DNA from: Balanoglossus misakiensis
Taxonomy: Eukaryota; Animalia; Hemichordata
Assembly (NCBI GenBank): GCA_040954595.2
Contig: CM082598.2
Location: 8,323,097 to 8,387,096, forward strand
Direction: 5' to 3'
DNA length: 64,000 nucleotides
Shown one piece after another: positions 61,801 through 64,000 of this stretch (within the stretch, counting starts at the first letter, position 1; each line of letters opens with the position of its first letter). The position numbers were made by a program, and so were the translations under genes. Below the pieces are notes generated by a model. That model did not search any database, was not told the origin of the DNA, and saw only the letters and a program-made list of their open reading frames with translations.

Positions 61801-64000
61801 GCCCAAATTCTGGGTGACCTCAGGTGACCTTTGACCTACTTTCCTATATCTCCGCATCCAGAGCAGTTACAGACTTGGCGTTTGGAGGGTTGGGACTAAA
61901 ATTGAAAAGCCAAAATTGGGGGTCACCTGTGACACCTGCTTATCTCATTAATTATGTGCATACCTAATTCCAGGCTAACCAATAGGGCTAAAGGTTTGGT
62001 TTTTGTTGAACATGGACCAGTATAGGGTAAAAAAATTTGCCCAAATTTTGGGTGACCTCAGGTGACCTTTGACCTACTTTGCTATATCTTGGCATCCAGA
62101 ACAGGTACAGCATTTGTGTTTGGATGGATCGAACTATTAATGGAGTCTTACACTTTACATAATTAATTATGTGCATATCTAATTTCAGACAAACCAATAG
62201 GGCTAGAGATTTTGTTCTTGTGGGACACGGACCAGTATGGGGTCAAAATTTCTTGCCCAAATTTTGGGTGACCACTTATGACCTCTGACCTTCGGCTTAA
62301 GCTTGGGCCCGTCATCGCTGCTTGCAGCTATATTCATCTTTTTTTTTTTTTTTGTGTAGTTTTTTTGCTCAGGTAGATCTTGAAAACGGCTGAACCTACA
62401 AATCTCAAACTTGGCACAATGGTGCAGGTCTATGAGAGCTGGTGCAGTATCCCTGTGAATGTTTAATTAGTCATGTGACCTGATGACCATATATGGGCAA
62501 AGTTTTCAAATGGGTCTAATTTGCATATGAATGGAGATATCAAAATTCTTTTAGCGATTTTTGCAGACCATGTGGTCAGTGTCCTACATGCCAAATGTCA
62601 AGGCCGTGGGCCAAGTCTATTTTGAGAAGAAGATTTTTTTATTTTTCATATTTTTGAACCCAGCCATGGGCCTATACTTTCTATAGTTAAGCTATGACGC
62701 TATGTCCACGTCGGCTGTGCAATGGTCCTGTACAGTAACTCTCTATTGGCCCGTGAGCAGAATGGGACCACAATAAAAGGCAAAATTTTGGGCTCACCTG
62801 TAACACCTGCTTAACTCATTAATTATGTGCATACCTAATTCCAGGCTAACTAATAAGGCTAGAGGTTTTGTTCTTGTGGGACATGGATCAGTATAGCATC
62901 AAAAATTTTTGCCCAAATTTTGGGTGACCTCAGGTGACCTTTGACCTACTTTCCTATATCTCGGCATCCACAGCAGGTACTGACTTGGCGTTTGGAGGGT
63001 TGTGACTAAAATTGAAAAGACAAAATTAGGGGTCACCTGTGACACCTGCTTATCGCATTAATTATGTGCATACCTAATTCCAGGCTAGCCAATAGGGCTA
63101 GAGGTTTGATTTTTGTTGAACATGGACCAGTATGGGGTTAAAATTTCTTGCCCAATTTTGGGTGACCTCAGGTGACCTTTGACCTACTTTACCATATCTC
63201 GGCAACCAGCGCAGATACAGCCTTGGCATTTGGAGGCATGGAACTCCTAATGAAGCCTTATACTTTACCCCATTAATTATGTGCATATCTAATTCTAGGC
63301 GAACCAATAGGGTTAGAGGCCTGATTTTTGTTGGACCTGGACTGGTATGGGGTCAAAAGTTTTTGCTAAACTTTCGGATGGCCTCAGGTGACCTTTGACC
63401 TAATTTCCTATATCTCGGCATCCAGAACAGGTACAGCATTTGTGTTTGGATGGATCGAACTATTGATAGAGTCTTACACTTTACATCATTAATTATGCGC
63501 ATATCTAATTTCAGACAAACCAATAGGGCTAGAGGTCTGGTTTCTGTTGGACCTGGACTAGTATGGGGGTCAAAACTTTTTGCCCAATTTTTGGGTGACC
63601 ACATATGACCTTTGACCTTCGGCTTAAGCTTGTGCCCGTCATCGCTGCTTGCAGCTATATTTTCTTCTACTGATTTTTTTTCTTGTGCAGTTTTTTCGGC
63701 CACTTTGATCTTGAAAACGGCTGAACCTACAAATCTCAAACTTGGCCCAGTGGTGCAGGCCTATGAGAGCTGGTGCAGTACCCTCGTGAATGTTTAATAA
63801 GTCATGTGACCTGATGACCATATATGGGCAAAGTTTTCAAATGGGTCTAATTTGCATATGAATGGAGATATCAAAATTCTTTTAGCGATTTTTGTGGACC
63901 ATGTGGTCAGTGTCCTACATGCCAAATGTCAAGGCTGTGGGCCAAGTCTATTTTGAGAAGAAGAGTTTTTTATTTTTCATATTTTTGGACCCAGCCATAG
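58805..64000 (+). mobile_element. Stacked/tandem array of Helentron(HINE)-like non-autonomous elements
   Basis: Four 5' hairpins (tagggc[a/c]caagc...gcttg[t/g]gcccta) at 58805, 58857, 58908 and 58958; 3' ends gcttg[g/t]gcccgtcatcgctgcttgcagctatatt at 60312, 61186, 62301 and 63628; internal ~215-240-bp subrepeats. Confidence 0.75.

Noticed and set aside
59000-64000. Short ORFs in the terminal array (for example ...GQRSPEVTQN)
   Set aside because: Recurrent translations of non-coding subrepeats with no protein motifs.

Overview
AT-rich, intron- and repeat-rich eukaryotic DNA. It looks like a marine invertebrate deuterostome (hemichordate/echinoderm/amphioxus-like), which is an inference from gene and repeat content. 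The left part holds one minus-strand host gene for a secreted or membrane innate-immune-type protein: a signal-peptide exon (26576-26513), four SRCR domains each split over two exons (13096 to 1394), and a pentraxin exon (708-130), continuing off the left edge. Its introns and the rest of the window are packed with mobile elements: a Tx1/L1 LINE, foldback and MITE elements, a shattered and partly inverted Gypsy element, an ISL2EU/Harbinger element, an Academ-like RecQ helicase pseudogene, a CxC4/KDZ transposase, a Kolobok remnant and a nested Helentron-like array. The most notable feature is a RAG1/Transib-like DDE transposase (591-codon open core, + strand) arranged tail-to-tail with an intact 204-aa gene that is not RAG2-like and starts about 105 bp inside a CAC-type end. 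This is a ProtoRAG-like layout with an unrecognised partner gene. Also notable are a separate RAG1/Chapaev-type N-terminal module (Zn domain-RING-Zn finger) in intron 1 of the SRCR gene and a TIR element carrying arrays of GGAAATTTCC kappaB-like palindromes in another intron. All family calls come from motifs read by eye; no database searches were run.
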